Shown here piece after piece: positions 8,688 through 18,517 of a stretch of 64,000 bases of DNA. Source of the stretch: an uncultured Elusimicrobia bacterium (GTDB taxonomy: Bacteria > Elusimicrobiota > Elusimicrobia > 2-01-FULL-59-12); contig OY969767.1 in the NCBI GenBank assembly GCA_963702895.1, positions 1,600,001 through 1,664,000 of the forward strand, written 5' to 3'. Numbering within the stretch: the stretch's first letter is position 1; each line of letters begins with the position of its first letter. The translations under genes were made by a program, and so were the position numbers. The notes beneath the pieces are model-generated. The model was given only the letters and a program-made list of their open reading frames with translations. It was not told where the DNA came from and searched no databases.

Positions 8688-8903
8688 TTACTGAAAACTC
8701 TGACGCATGCGCTGCATGATCGAGTGGCGAGGCGAGAGCAAAAATGGCACAACCGCCTGTTCGGCATAGAGCGAGGAGGCGGTGAGGGACGCTCGAGAAT
8801 CAAGCCGCCCGCCCGCCGCGGAGAATGCCGACGCGGGGACGGAACCCGGCAACAGGCAGGGGATGAGAAGCAGCGCGAAAAGCCTAAGCAGAGGTCTTGG
8901 CAT
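8688..8903 (-). CDS. N-terminal leader segment (signal-peptide-like) of the interrupted giant gene
   Basis: MPRPLLRLFALLLIPCLLPGSVPASA signal-like sequence, in frame with the downstream ORF. Confidence 0.55.
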   Translation of the reverse strand: MPRPLLRLFALLLIPCLLPGSVPASAFSAAGGRLDSRASLTASSLYAEQAVVPFLLSPRHSIMQRMRQSFQ

Positions 8904-9109
8904 GGGTGAACAACCACGGCACGGAACGATTGATACGCTTCCGCGAATACCCGTGAATCGTTGCTTCTATTTTAGGGCACGGTCATCGGAGAAGAAATGG
9001 GCTGGAGGGCTACAAAAAAGGGACTATTTGGCCTAGGCCTAAAGGCCCTCTTGGAGATTAAAAAACCGGGGTATTTCATTAGCAGTTCCGCGAGCGGGCA
9101 AGGCGCTTG

Positions 9110-9228
9110 GGGGTGTTTTGTCGTGCGTAGCCCGCCATAGGGGAAGGGGGACCCGCCCGATGTCTGGCGGGGGGAACCGCGGGATGGTTCCCTTAGAGGG
9201 ACTGGCGGGCGGCACGACAAAACACCCC
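9110..9228. repeat. Nested palindromic (REP-like) element downstream of purB
   Basis: 17-bp perfect IR GGGGTGTTTTGTCGTGC/GCACGACAAAACACCCC enclosing GCCCGCCA/TGGCGGGC and two inner hairpins. Confidence 0.75.
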
Positions 9229-9282
9229 GGGCGCCCTTTTAGAAAGTCGCGAAATCACGAAAGAGATACAAAACGTGGATAT

Positions 9283-10578
9283 TTAGAGACCCAGCCGCTT
9301 GAAGATGTCGCGGACGTGGCGCACGTAATAGGCGGGATCAAAAACCTGGTCAAGCTCCGCTTTGCTCAGCTTCCCTTTGAAGCGGGGGTCTGACGAGACC
9401 AATTGGCGGAAGCTCTCCCCCTCCTGCCACGCTTTCATCGCGTGTTCCTGGACCGTGCGATACGCCTCGTCGCGTCCCACGCCTTTGTCCACGAGCGCAA
9501 GCAAGAGCCGCTGCGAAGCGATCAGTTCGACTGTCTTGAGCATATTGCGCTTCATGTTCTGTGGGTAGACCTGCAGACCGCGCAGGACGTTGTTCAACCG
9601 CACGATCATGAAGTCGAGCAGGATCGTCGAATCCGGCAGGATCACCCGCTCCACCGACGAATGGCTGATATCGCGCTCATGCCAGAGCGCGACATTCTCC
9701 AGGGCCGCCATCGCGTTGCTGCGGACCAGGCGCGCCAAACCGCAGAGATTCTCGCAGGCGATCGGGTTGCGCTTGTGCGGCATCGCGGAGCTCCCCTTCT
9801 GGCCTTTGCTGAAGGGCTCTTCCACCTCCAGGACTTCCGTGCGCTGCAGGTGCCGGATTTCCAGCGCGATCCGTTCAATGCCGGCCGCCACGATGGCCAG
9901 TTCGGCCATGTACTCGGCATGCCGGTCCCGCGGGATGACTTGCGTGGCTGCCGGCTCGGCCTTGAGCCCCAGCTGTTTGCAGATATATTCTTCGATGGAA
10001 GGATCGAGGTGCGCGAAGGTCCCCATCGCCCCGGAGATCGATCCATAGCCCGCGACCTCGCGGGCGCGCCTTAGCCGCTCTTCGGAGCGGCGCAACTCGC
10101 TGTACCAGCCGGCGACCTTGAAACCGAAGGTGATCGGCTCGCCGTGAATGCCGTGCGAACGCCCGATCATGAGCGTTTTCTCGTGCGCCTTGGCGAGTGC
10201 GGCGACCGTCTTCTGCAGTTCGGAAAGATCTTTCAACAGCAGGTCCGCCGCTTCCACCATTTGGACCGCCAGCGCGGTGTCGAGAACGTCCGACGACGTC
10301 AGCCCAAAATGCAGGTACTGCTGGGCTTCGGGACCCACGGTCTCGGCCACCTGGGTCACAAAAGCGATGACGTCGTGCTTGACCTCTTTTTCGATCTCGC
10401 GGATGCGCGGCACATCGATGCGCGCCTTGTCGCGGATCTTCGCCAGCGCGGCGGCCGGGACCTTCTTTTGCTTCACCAGCGCCTCGGTGGAGAGCAGCTC
10501 CACTTCCAGCATCTTTTCAAAGCGGTATTCGTCCGTCCACAGACGGGTCATTTCGGGCCGGGCGTAGCGTTCAATCAT
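9283..10578 (-). CDS. purB: Adenylosuccinate lyase
   Basis: MIERY start; HFGLTSSD, GRSHGIH and GSSAMPHKRNP signature. Confidence 0.97.
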   Translation of the reverse strand: MIERYARPEMTRLWTDEYRFEKMLEVELLSTEALVKQKKVPAAALAKIRDKARIDVPRIREIEKEVKHDVIAFVTQVAETVGPEAQQYLHFGLTSSDVLDTALAVQMVEAADLLLKDLSELQKTVAALAKAHEKTLMIGRSHGIHGEPITFGFKVAGWYSELRRSEERLRRAREVAGYGSISGAMGTFAHLDPSIEEYICKQLGLKAEPAATQVIPRDRHAEYMAELAIVAAGIERIALEIRHLQRTEVLEVEEPFSKGQKGSSAMPHKRNPIACENLCGLARLVRSNAMAALENVALWHERDISHSSVERVILPDSTILLDFMIVRLNNVLRGLQVYPQNMKRNMLKTVELIASQRLLLALVDKGVGRDEAYRTVQEHAMKAWQEGESFRQLVSSDPRFKGKLSKAELDQVFDPAYYVRHVRDIFKRLGL

Positions 10579-10602
10579 TGGATTAACCTCTTCAGTCGAG
10601 TA

Positions 10603-10716
10603 CGTCATTCCGGCGGAAGCCGTCCGCCAGACGTCTGGCGGACTGTCCCTTCCTATGATCTCTAGGGATGGGGACGGAATCTATCATGATAGACCCCGGC
10701 TTTCGCCGGGGTGACA
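10603..10716. repeat. CGTC-type REP dimer with nested insert; left arm of a 79-bp IR around purN
   Basis: CGTCATTCCGGCGGAAGCCG...GAATCTATCATGATAGACCCCGGCTTTCGCCGGGGTGACA. Confidence 0.8.
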
Positions 10717-11316
10717 GCCGATGATCGGCAGATTCTCACAGAACTGTCTAAGGGTTTCTGGATAGAGCTGATGTTCCTGCTCTAAAACTCTCTGCGCGAG
10801 CGTCTCCGCGGTATCGCCGGGGAGGACGGGGACTTTCGCCTGCGCGAGCGTCTTCCCATGATCATACTCCTCATCCACCACATGCACGGTACATCCCGAT
10901 TCTTTCTCCCCCGCGGCGAGCACCGCCTCATGGACAAAATGGCCGTACATTCCGGGCCCGCCAAACTTCGGGAGCAGCGCGGGATGGATGTTGAGGATGC
11001 GGCCTCGAAAACCCCTGACAATCTGGGGCCCCAACTTCCGTAAGTAGCCCGCCAGGCAAATCACATCAGGCGCCGCGGCTTTTAAGCGGGTGAAGACCTC
11101 GGCCTGAAACGCTTCTTCGGTGGCGAAGGCCTTCGGTTCGACGACAGCCGTCGGGACCCCATGTTTGGCTGCCCGCTCCAGAGCGAACACCCCCGGTTTG
11201 CTTGAAAGAACGAGCACGAATTCGAGGAGCGGTATTCTGGCATCCAAGAGCGCCTGCAAGTTGGACCCACTGCCCGACACCAGGACTGCCACACGTACTG
11301 TTCTATTGCCAGACAC
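10684..11316 (-). CDS. purN: Phosphoribosylglycinamide formyltransferase
   Basis: SGSGSNLQA, CLAGY, NIHPALLP, SGCTVH.V. Confidence 0.96.
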   Translation of the reverse strand: MSGNRTVRVAVLVSGSGSNLQALLDARIPLLEFVLVLSSKPGVFALERAAKHGVPTAVVEPKAFATEEAFQAEVFTRLKAAAPDVICLAGYLRKLGPQIVRGFRGRILNIHPALLPKFGGPGMYGHFVHEAVLAAGEKESGCTVHVVDEEYDHGKTLAQAKVPVLPGDTAETLAQRVLEQEHQLYPETLRQFCENLPIIGCHPGESRGLS

Positions 11317-11347
11317 GATTTAACTCTCCCCATGCAAAGTGACAAAT

Positions 11348-11465
11348 CGTCACCCCGGCGCACGCCGGGGTCCAGTCGATGTTCTGGATTCCGTCCCCAT
11401 CCCTAGAGATCATAGGAAGGGACAGTCCGCCAGACGTCTGGCGGACGGCTTTCGCCGGAATGACG
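11348..11465. repeat. CGTC-type REP dimer with nested insert; right arm of the 79-bp IR around purN
   Basis: 11387-11465 is the reverse complement of 10603-10681 with one mismatch. Confidence 0.85.
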
Positions 11466-11485
11466 TTTCACTACAGAGCATTGCA

Positions 11486-12445
11486 CTAACTGAATCGGAT
11501 CCCTTTGGACCCTTCCTCTATGACGCCGATGGGATAAACCGGACGGAGGTGCTCTTCCACGACGGCCACATCCTTGGGTGAGACCACCAGCACCATGCCA
11601 ATGCCCATGTTGAGCGTATTGAACATCTCCTCGTCCGGGATGCCGGCGCGCCGCTGGATCTCATGGAAAAGCTCCGGCACCGGCCAGCTGCGGAGCGTGA
11701 TCCGCGCCTGGACGCCTCGGGGCAGCACGCGCGGGATATTGCCGATGAAGCTCTCGCCCGTGATGTGCGCCATGGCCTTGATGAGCGGCCTCTTGCGCTC
11801 GATGAGTGGCATGAGGGCCTTCACATAAATGCGGGTGGGCTCCAGGAACTCCGCCATCCGGCGCCGGAGCTCAGGCTCCGTATAAAGTTTGCGGACCAAA
11901 GAATAGCCGTTGGAATGAAGGCCCGAGGACGGAAGACCAAGGACCACGTCCCCCGGCCGCACGCTTTTCCCGGTGATCACGCGGGGCTTATCCACCACGC
12001 CCACCGCGAAACCGGCGAGGTCGTATTCGCCTTCGGCATAGAACCCCGGCATCTCCGCGGTTTCCCCGCCCAGAAGAACACAGTTCGATTGCTCACAGCC
12101 GTGGACAATGCCGCGGACCACCTTTTCAGCCCGGTCGACATCGAGCTTGCCGCAGGCAAAGTAATCCAGGAAAAAGAGGGGTTTGGCGCCCGAACAGAGA
12201 AGGTCGTTGACGTTCATCGCGACAAGGTCAAGGCCCACCGTGTCGTGCTTGTCCGCGAGAAACGCCAGCTTGAGCTTGGTGCCCACACCGTCCGTGCAGC
12301 CGACGAGCTGCGGGCTCTTCATGCCTTTGGCTGGAAACGGAAAGAGCCCGGCAAAGCCACCGATCAAGGGGGACATCTTTTTGATGCGTTCAACGAGCGC
12401 GTCACCCGCCTCGACATCCACGCCCGCTTTTTTATAGGTGATCAT
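11486..12445 (-). CDS. purM: Phosphoribosylformylglycinamidine cyclo-ligase (AIR synthetase)
   Basis: TYKKAGVD, TDGVGTK, GGETAEMPG, SSGLHSNGYSLVRK. Confidence 0.96.
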   Translation of the reverse strand: MITYKKAGVDVEAGDALVERIKKMSPLIGGFAGLFPFPAKGMKSPQLVGCTDGVGTKLKLAFLADKHDTVGLDLVAMNVNDLLCSGAKPLFFLDYFACGKLDVDRAEKVVRGIVHGCEQSNCVLLGGETAEMPGFYAEGEYDLAGFAVGVVDKPRVITGKSVRPGDVVLGLPSSGLHSNGYSLVRKLYTEPELRRRMAEFLEPTRIYVKALMPLIERKRPLIKAMAHITGESFIGNIPRVLPRGVQARITLRSWPVPELFHEIQRRAGIPDEEMFNTLNMGIGMVLVVSPKDVAVVEEHLRPVYPIGVIEEGSKGIRFS

Positions 12446-13041
12446 GCTTTCTTCGCCGGTTCGGGCCGGCTGCCCGGTTTGACCAGCAGGAGCCCTTCCT
12501 TGCACAGGGGACAGTTGTCCGGCGCGTACGTGACCAGGGGCAACCGCAAAAGAACATGTTTCGGCGCTGAGAAGCGGGCGTCCGATTCCCCCCGCTCAGC
12601 TAAAGCCGCATAGCCTGCCACGTGAGCGCCGGCGTTTTCCACGAGTCTCGCCACTTCACGGACCGAACCGCCGGTGGTGATCACGTCTTCGGCCACGATG
12701 ACCTCTTCTCCGGGAGCAAGCGCGAAACCCCGCCGCAGGACGAATTGGCCATCGACCCGCTCCGCGAAAATGGCCCTCGCGCCGAGGGCGCGGCCAATCA
12801 CGTACCCCATCACAATACCGCCAATGGCGGGTGTGACAACGGCTGTCACGGGCTTGTCGATGGAGACGGCCTTGATTTTTCGCGCGAGCGCCGCTCCCAG
12901 CCGGTCCGCGTCACAGCCGTGCTGAAGAAGAAGCGCGCATTGCAAATAGCTGTCCGAGTGAAGGCCGCTCGTGAGCTTGAAATGACCCTGCAAGAGCGCT
13001 CCGCGCTCCTTGAACATCTTGAGCACATCTTCTTGTTTCAT
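12442..13041 (-). CDS. pyrE: Orotate phosphoribosyltransferase
   Basis: GHFKLTSGLHS..Y, VAEDVITTGGS PRPP-binding motif. Confidence 0.95.
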   Translation of the reverse strand: MKQEDVLKMFKERGALLQGHFKLTSGLHSDSYLQCALLLQHGCDADRLGAALARKIKAVSIDKPVTAVVTPAIGGIVMGYVIGRALGARAIFAERVDGQFVLRRGFALAPGEEVIVAEDVITTGGSVREVARLVENAGAHVAGYAALAERGESDARFSAPKHVLLRLPLVTYAPDNCPLCKEGLLLVKPGSRPEPAKKA

Positions 13042-13718
13042 CGTTTCACCTTGAGGGATTGATAAATCTCTTGGACAGTCTCCATCGGACTCCTCGATTC
13101 TATCACGGGCCGGCCCATCACAAAAAAGTCAACACCCTGCCGGACGGCTTCGAGCGGTGTTTCCACCCGTTTCTGGTCGTCGCTGGCCTTCGCGAGGCGA
13201 ATGCCGGGGGTCACAACCTGAAAGCTCTTCCCGCAGGCATTCTTAATGGCCAACGCCTCCCGCACCGAGGAGATCACGCCCTCCAGGCCACACTCGGCGG
13301 CCGCCGTCGCGAGCATGAGCGTCTGGTCCTGAATACTGCGGGTGATGCCCAAGCGTTCCAGGTCCTTCTCGTCGAGACTCGTCAGGACCGTCACGCCCCA
13401 AAGCTTCGGGCGCTTCGTGACAGCCGCGGCTTCCTTCATCATGCCCTTGCCGCCGCAGGTGTGAAGGGTGGCGCTGTAGACACCCCACTCGCCCGCCCGT
13501 GCGATGGCCTTGGCCACGACGCTCGGGATGTCATGAAACTTCATATCGAGGAAGATCTCAGCGCCCAGGGCGCGGATCTGCGAAAGAAGCGCTCCGCCGT
13601 ATTTTAGGAAAAGGACCGGCCCCACCTTGAACAAATCCACCTGGGGCTTGAGCTCCCGCACCAGGCGCAGGGCCTCCTGGTCGGTCTCCACATCGAGGGC
13701 CACAATCAGCGGTTTCAT
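13038..13718 (-). CDS. pyrF: Orotidine-5'-phosphate decarboxylase
   Basis: [32 protein letters not shown]. Confidence 0.96.
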   Translation of the reverse strand: MKPLIVALDVETDQEALRLVRELKPQVDLFKVGPVLFLKYGGALLSQIRALGAEIFLDMKFHDIPSVVAKAIARAGEWGVYSATLHTCGGKGMMKEAAAVTKRPKLWGVTVLTSLDEKDLERLGITRSIQDQTLMLATAAAECGLEGVISSVREALAIKNACGKSFQVVTPGIRLAKASDDQKRVETPLEAVRQGVDFFVMGRPVIESRSPMETVQEIYQSLKVKR

Positions 13719-14650
13719 ACTCTCAAGCTCCCGACGAGGCTGTTGATGTCCCGGATGCCCTCGGTCCGGCAATAGTCTTCCAATCCCCGGGCGATCTGAC
13801 CCGAGGCGTCCGGGTGGTAAAAGTTGGCCGTCCCCACTTGAACGGCATGCGCTCCGGCGATCATAAACTCCAGAGCATCTTCCGTACGGGCGATGCCGCC
13901 GATCCCAATCACCGGAATTTTGACCGCGCGCGAGGCTTCCCAGACCATACGCAGAGCCACCGGTTTGATGGCCGGGCCCGAAAGGCCCCCCGTGACAAAT
14001 CGCAGGCGCGGGCGCCGGGTCTTGACATTGACCGCCATGCCGACGAACGTGTTCACGGCCGAAATGGCGTCGGCTCCCGCCTCTTCGCAGGCCCGGGCGA
14101 ACGGGCGGATGTCCGTGACATTCGGCGAGAGCTTCACCCACAGAGGGATCTTCGGGGAGGCCTTCCTGGTTCGGGCGGTCACCTTGAACGTGTCGCGGGG
14201 GTCCTTGTTGAAGTGAAAGCCGCCGTGCTTCACATTCGGACAGGAGATGTTCAGTTCGAGCGCGGCAATCCCCGGGACATCGTTCAGGAACCGGGCCACC
14301 TCGAGATAGTCCTCGAGCGTAAACCCCACGATGTTCACGACGACCTGGGTGTCGAACTTCCGCAGGGCCGGCAGTTTCTTCGCGACAAACTCCCGGGCCC
14401 CGATGTTCTGCCAGCCGATCGCGTTGAGCATGCCGGAAGCCGTCTCATAAATGCGCGGCGGGGGGTTGCCCTCGATCGGCTTCATCGAAATCCCCTTGAC
14501 CACCACGCCCCCGATCGAATGGAGATCCACGAGGTGCGTAAACTCAACCCCGTAGGCAAAGGTGCCACTGGCGGTCAAGACCGGGTTTTTAAAGCGGACT
14601 CCGCCAATCTCGACGGCCATCTTCGGATGTATGTTGGGTTTAGTCATCAT
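13715..14650 (-). CDS. pyrD: Dihydroorotate dehydrogenase B, catalytic subunit
   Basis: [35 protein letters not shown]. Confidence 0.96.
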   Translation of the reverse strand: MMTKPNIHPKMAVEIGGVRFKNPVLTASGTFAYGVEFTHLVDLHSIGGVVVKGISMKPIEGNPPPRIYETASGMLNAIGWQNIGAREFVAKKLPALRKFDTQVVVNIVGFTLEDYLEVARFLNDVPGIAALELNISCPNVKHGGFHFNKDPRDTFKVTARTRKASPKIPLWVKLSPNVTDIRPFARACEEAGADAISAVNTFVGMAVNVKTRRPRLRFVTGGLSGPAIKPVALRMVWEASRAVKIPVIGIGGIARTEDALEFMIAGAHAVQVGTANFYHPDASGQIARGLEDYCRTEGIRDINSLVGSLRV

Positions 14651-14653
14651 GAT

Positions 14654-15493
14654 TCACATCGGGGAAGAAGCCCAGTCGATGAGGCGGCTGTTCATGACCG
14701 GCCCTTCCATGCAGACCCGGAGGTAGCGCGCGGACGGCCGGTTGTCCTTCATCCGGACCACACATCCCAGGCACGCACCGACCGAGCATCCCATGCGCGC
14801 TTCGAGGCTCACGACACAAGGCACGTCATATTTCCGGGCCAATTGATCTGCCGCGCGCATCATCGCCCAGGGTCCGCAGGCGTACATCTGAATCCCCTGA
14901 TGACGATGCTCCTTGAGAAAACGCTGGAGAGGGACGGTCACGAGGCCCTTCATGCCCTTGGAGCCGTCTTCTGTCGCGTAAAAAGTCCGGACCCCCAGGC
15001 GTTCGAAATAGTCGCGCAGGACCAAGTCCTTCGCCGTGCGGGCGCCGTAAAAAAGGACTGGGGTGGCGCCGAGCGCGGACAATTCTCTCGCCAGAAGGTA
15101 GAGGGCCGCAATGCCGACTCCGCCGGCGACGAGGCACGCGTAGCGGACCTTGCTGTTCGGGTCTTGGCGGATCTCAAAGGGACGCCCTTGTGGACCCAGA
15201 GCAAACAGTGCCTGACCGGGCTTCACCTTCGCTAACTTGTGCGTCCCAAGACCGATGTCCTTGACCAGGATCTTGATGCCGGAAGGACTCTTGGCGCGCG
15301 GGGGATGGTCGATCGCGAAGATGCTAAAGGGGCGACGCAACAGCGGACCTTCATCCACGTCTTCGGCGCATTTGATCATCAGGAACTGACCCGGCTGCAC
15401 GTGGCGGGCTTGCTCAGGGGACCTGAGCGTCAGGAGGTAGTTGGCCGCGCCCAGGTTCTGAACTTTCTGGACGATGACTTTTCGGTCCATCAT
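14654..15493 (-). CDS. pyrK: Dihydroorotate dehydrogenase B, electron transfer subunit
   Basis: PGQF, LLRRPFSI, GGVGIA, CGP..M, MGCSVGACLGC...RVCMEGPV. Confidence 0.93.
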   Translation of the reverse strand: MMDRKVIVQKVQNLGAANYLLTLRSPEQARHVQPGQFLMIKCAEDVDEGPLLRRPFSIFAIDHPPRAKSPSGIKILVKDIGLGTHKLAKVKPGQALFALGPQGRPFEIRQDPNSKVRYACLVAGGVGIAALYLLARELSALGATPVLFYGARTAKDLVLRDYFERLGVRTFYATEDGSKGMKGLVTVPLQRFLKEHRHQGIQMYACGPWAMMRAADQLARKYDVPCVVSLEARMGCSVGACLGCVVRMKDNRPSARYLRVCMEGPVMNSRLIDWASSPM

Positions 15494-15597
15494 GGGGTCA
15501 AACCCTGCGCACGCCGACGGTCCCCAGCGCGGCCCCGACGGGCTCTTTGAGCGCAAGCGGCTCCCGTGATGTGGATGGTTCAGACATCAAATTCGTG

Positions 15598-16962
15598 TTA
15601 ATGGAGTTCCGGCTTCTTGAGCAGGCGGCCGTTTTGCATGACGAGCTTGCCGCCCACGAGGGTCGCGACCGCTCGTCCCTGCAGCGTCCAGCCCTTAAAG
15701 GGTGAATTCTGACTCTTGGAAACAAACTGGTCGACCGTGTGCTTCGCCTTCAGGTTGATGAGGGTGAGGTCCGCGGGCGCCCCCGGCGAAAGGTGCCCGC
15801 CGGGCAGATTCAAGGCCCTGGCCGGCGCGTCCGTGAGCGCGCGCACAGCAGCGCTCAGCGACAGGACCTTGGCCTGGACCAGATGGGTCAGGACGACGCT
15901 CAGGGTGGTCTCAAGACCGATGACGCCGAAGGGCGCGAAATCAAACTCCCGCGACTTTTGGGGCATGGTATGCGGCGCGTGGTCGGAGGCGATCACCTCC
16001 AGCGTTCCGTCCGCAAGCCCCTCGAGGATCGCCTGCCGGTCTTCGGAGGTCCTGAGCGGCGGGTTCATCTTGGCATTCGTATCGTAGCCCGAGACCGCTT
16101 CCTCGGTCAGCGTGAAGTAATGGGGGCAGGTCTCCGCGGTGATGGGCAGGCCGCGCTTTTTGGCCTGGCGAACGAGCGCCACCGATTCCTTCGTCGACAT
16201 GTGCGCCAGATGCAAACGCGCGCCGGTCAGCTCACAGAGCGCGATGTTGCGCCCGACCACAATATATTCGGCCTGGCGCGGGATGCCCTTGAGTCCCAGG
16301 AGCGCGGAGAGTTTCCCCTCATTCATGACGCCGCCTTTGGCGAGGTCCGCGTCCTCGCAGTGATCGATCACCGTGAGCCCGAAGGTTTTGGCATACTCCA
16401 GCGCCCGGCGAAAAAGCTTGGCGTTTGTGACGGGCTTGCCGTCATCGGAGATGGCGACGCAGCCGGCCCGGACCATGGCGCCGATCTCGGTGAGCTCCGC
16501 GCCCTCCTGGCCTTTCGTGATGGCGCCGATGGGAAAGACCCGCACATAGCCTTCGCTTTGCGCCTTCATGAGAACAAACTGGATCTGGGAAACGTTATCG
16601 AGGGGCGGCGTGGTGTTGGGCATGCAGGCCACGGAGGTGAAGCCTCCCATGGCGGCCGCCGCGGTGCCCGTGGCGATCGTCTCTTTTTCTTCCTGCCCCG
16701 GCTCGCGCAGGTGCACATGGACATCGATCAGGCCGGGCGTGATCACCAGCCCCGCCGCGTTGATGATGTCGGCGTCTTTGGAGACCTTGATCTCCTTGGC
16801 GACTTTCTGGACATGCTGGCCTTCGATCAGCACATCCATGAGCGTGTCGATGTGATTGCGCGGGTCAACGAGATGCCCGCCCCGGATCAGGAGCTGAGGC
16901 TTGTTCTCAGACGCTTTGCTCGGGGTTTGTTTTTTCGCCCAGCTTACGGTAGCGCTTTTCAT
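15598..16962 (-). CDS. pyrC: Dihydroorotase
   Basis: [31 protein letters not shown]. Confidence 0.96.
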   Translation of the reverse strand: MKSATVSWAKKQTPSKASENKPQLLIRGGHLVDPRNHIDTLMDVLIEGQHVQKVAKEIKVSKDADIINAAGLVITPGLIDVHVHLREPGQEEKETIATGTAAAAMGGFTSVACMPNTTPPLDNVSQIQFVLMKAQSEGYVRVFPIGAITKGQEGAELTEIGAMVRAGCVAISDDGKPVTNAKLFRRALEYAKTFGLTVIDHCEDADLAKGGVMNEGKLSALLGLKGIPRQAEYIVVGRNIALCELTGARLHLAHMSTKESVALVRQAKKRGLPITAETCPHYFTLTEEAVSGYDTNAKMNPPLRTSEDRQAILEGLADGTLEVIASDHAPHTMPQKSREFDFAPFGVIGLETTLSVVLTHLVQAKVLSLSAAVRALTDAPARALNLPGGHLSPGAPADLTLINLKAKHTVDQFVSKSQNSPFKGWTLQGRAVATLVGGKLVMQNGRLLKKPELH

Positions 16963-17942
16963 AGGGTTTTCTTCTCCGCCAGAAAGTCCGCCGGTGACCC
17001 GACCGGAAGATGGCTGGTGCTGCCGGCAAGAAGGTAAAGAGAGGCCATGCGCACGGCGATACCATTGGTCACCTGCTCCAGGATGACCGACTGTGGGCCG
17101 TCCGCCACCGCGGAGGAAATTTCCACGCCGCGGTTCATGGGGCCGGGGTGCATCACGAGACAATCCTTCTTCGCCCAAGAGAGTTTCTTCGCGTCGAGGC
17201 CATAAAATTCGTGATATTCCCGCAGGCTCGGAAAGAGGTTTTCCTGCTGGCGCTCCATTTGCAGCCGCAGCACGTAAGCCACGTCCGCGCCCTCCAAGGC
17301 CTCTTTCATATTGTAGGTGACTTGAACGTGGTCTCCGAAAGCGGCCTTCATGTCCTGGGGGATCAGCGTCGCCGGGCCGCACAGCCGGACGTTGGCCCCG
17401 AGCTTTGTGAGCCCCCAGATATTCGAGCGCGCCACGCGCGAGTGGACAATGTCGCCGATGATGGTCACGGTCAGCCCCTGGATCCTCTTTTTCTTCTCGC
17501 GGATGGTAAAAAGATCGAGCAGCCCCTGGGTGGGGTGCTCGTGATTGCCATCACCGGCATTGACCACGTGGGCTTTGACACCACGCGCCAGAAGCTCCGG
17601 CGCCCCAGAGACCGAGTGGCGCAGAACGATGTAGTCCACCTTCATCGCCTCAAGGTTGCGGGCCGTATCCATAAGGGTTTCCCCTTTCTGGACGCTCGAG
17701 GAGGAGACCGACAGGCTCAAGACGTCGGCGGAAAGCCTCGTCGCGGCGAGCTCAAAGGACGTGCGCGTGCGGGTCGAAGGCTCGTAAAAGAGAAGCGCGA
17801 CGGTTTTGCCGCGCAAGGGGGGCACTTTCTTGATGGAACGTGTAAAGAGTCGCTTAAAGGGGATGGCGGTATTGAGGATCAGCTCGATTTCTTCGGCGGT
17901 CAGGTGGGCAAGCCCCAGAAGATCTTTATGCCGAAGTTTCAT
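16959..17942 (-). CDS. pyrB: Aspartate carbamoyltransferase catalytic subunit
   Basis: [31 protein letters not shown]. Confidence 0.97.
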   Translation of the reverse strand: MKLRHKDLLGLAHLTAEEIELILNTAIPFKRLFTRSIKKVPPLRGKTVALLFYEPSTRTRTSFELAATRLSADVLSLSVSSSSVQKGETLMDTARNLEAMKVDYIVLRHSVSGAPELLARGVKAHVVNAGDGNHEHPTQGLLDLFTIREKKKRIQGLTVTIIGDIVHSRVARSNIWGLTKLGANVRLCGPATLIPQDMKAAFGDHVQVTYNMKEALEGADVAYVLRLQMERQQENLFPSLREYHEFYGLDAKKLSWAKKDCLVMHPGPMNRGVEISSAVADGPQSVILEQVTNGIAVRMASLYLLAGSTSHLPVGSPADFLAEKKTL

Positions 17943-18517
17943 TTGGCCTTGCGGTCCTCATATTTTCGTACACGGATGCTATCTTCTTCATCAATTTCTT
18001 TCAAGTTGACGTCCACGACATCGTCGGGCTGCGTCTTGAGGACCAGGCCCGCATAATCCGCCGAGATGGGAAGTTCGCGATGCCCCCGATCGACCAGCAC
18101 CGCCAGGCGAATGCAATGAGGACGACTGTAATCGATGAGCGCGTTCATGGCGGACCGTATGGTTCGTCCGGTGAAGAGGACGTCATCGACCAAGACCAGC
18201 GGGCGTCCTTCAATATCAAAAGGCAGATCGGTTTCTTTGACTTCCGGTTGGGCCGCGATGTCGCCCACATCGTCACGGTAGAGGGTGATGTCGAGAATGC
18301 CCACGGGAATGTCCTGGCCCGCTTCTTCGCCGAGGAGCTTGGCAATTCTTCGAGCCAGGTGCGCCCCCCTTGTTTGAATGCCGACCAGCGCCAGTTTTGA
18401 AAGGTCCGCGGAAAATTCCTTTCGGATGGCCTCCACGAGCGAGCGGACCTTCTGGTCAATTTTGGCAGCGTCCATCACCAATCGGCCAGCCCCGACATTG
18501 GTGGCCGTTCGGTTCAT
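17939..18517 (-). CDS. pyrR: Pyr operon attenuation regulator / uracil phosphoribosyltransferase
   Basis: [37 protein letters not shown]. Confidence 0.95.
   Translation of the reverse strand: MNRTATNVGAGRLVMDAAKIDQKVRSLVEAIRKEFSADLSKLALVGIQTRGAHLARRIAKLLGEEAGQDIPVGILDITLYRDDVGDIAAQPEVKETDLPFDIEGRPLVLVDDVLFTGRTIRSAMNALIDYSRPHCIRLAVLVDRGHRELPISADYAGLVLKTQPDDVVDVNLKEIDEEDSIRVRKYEDRKAK

Larger units (their letters stand above)
4215..8903 (-). pseudogene. Single ~1,560-codon modular gene (leader + helical region + UroD/MtaA domain + histidine kinase + TM tail) with two in-frame stops
   Basis: ORFs 8688-8903, 7305-8654 and 4215-7223 share one frame, separated only by TAA (8688-8690) and TGA (7305-7307); the UroD-like domain continues across the TGA. 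Confidence 0.7.

Noticed and set aside
13814..17037. Long plus-strand ORFs opposite the pyr genes (and similar antisense ORFs opposite pur, car, valS and lon)
   Set aside because: Antisense shadows of GC-rich coding genes; no recognisable motifs.
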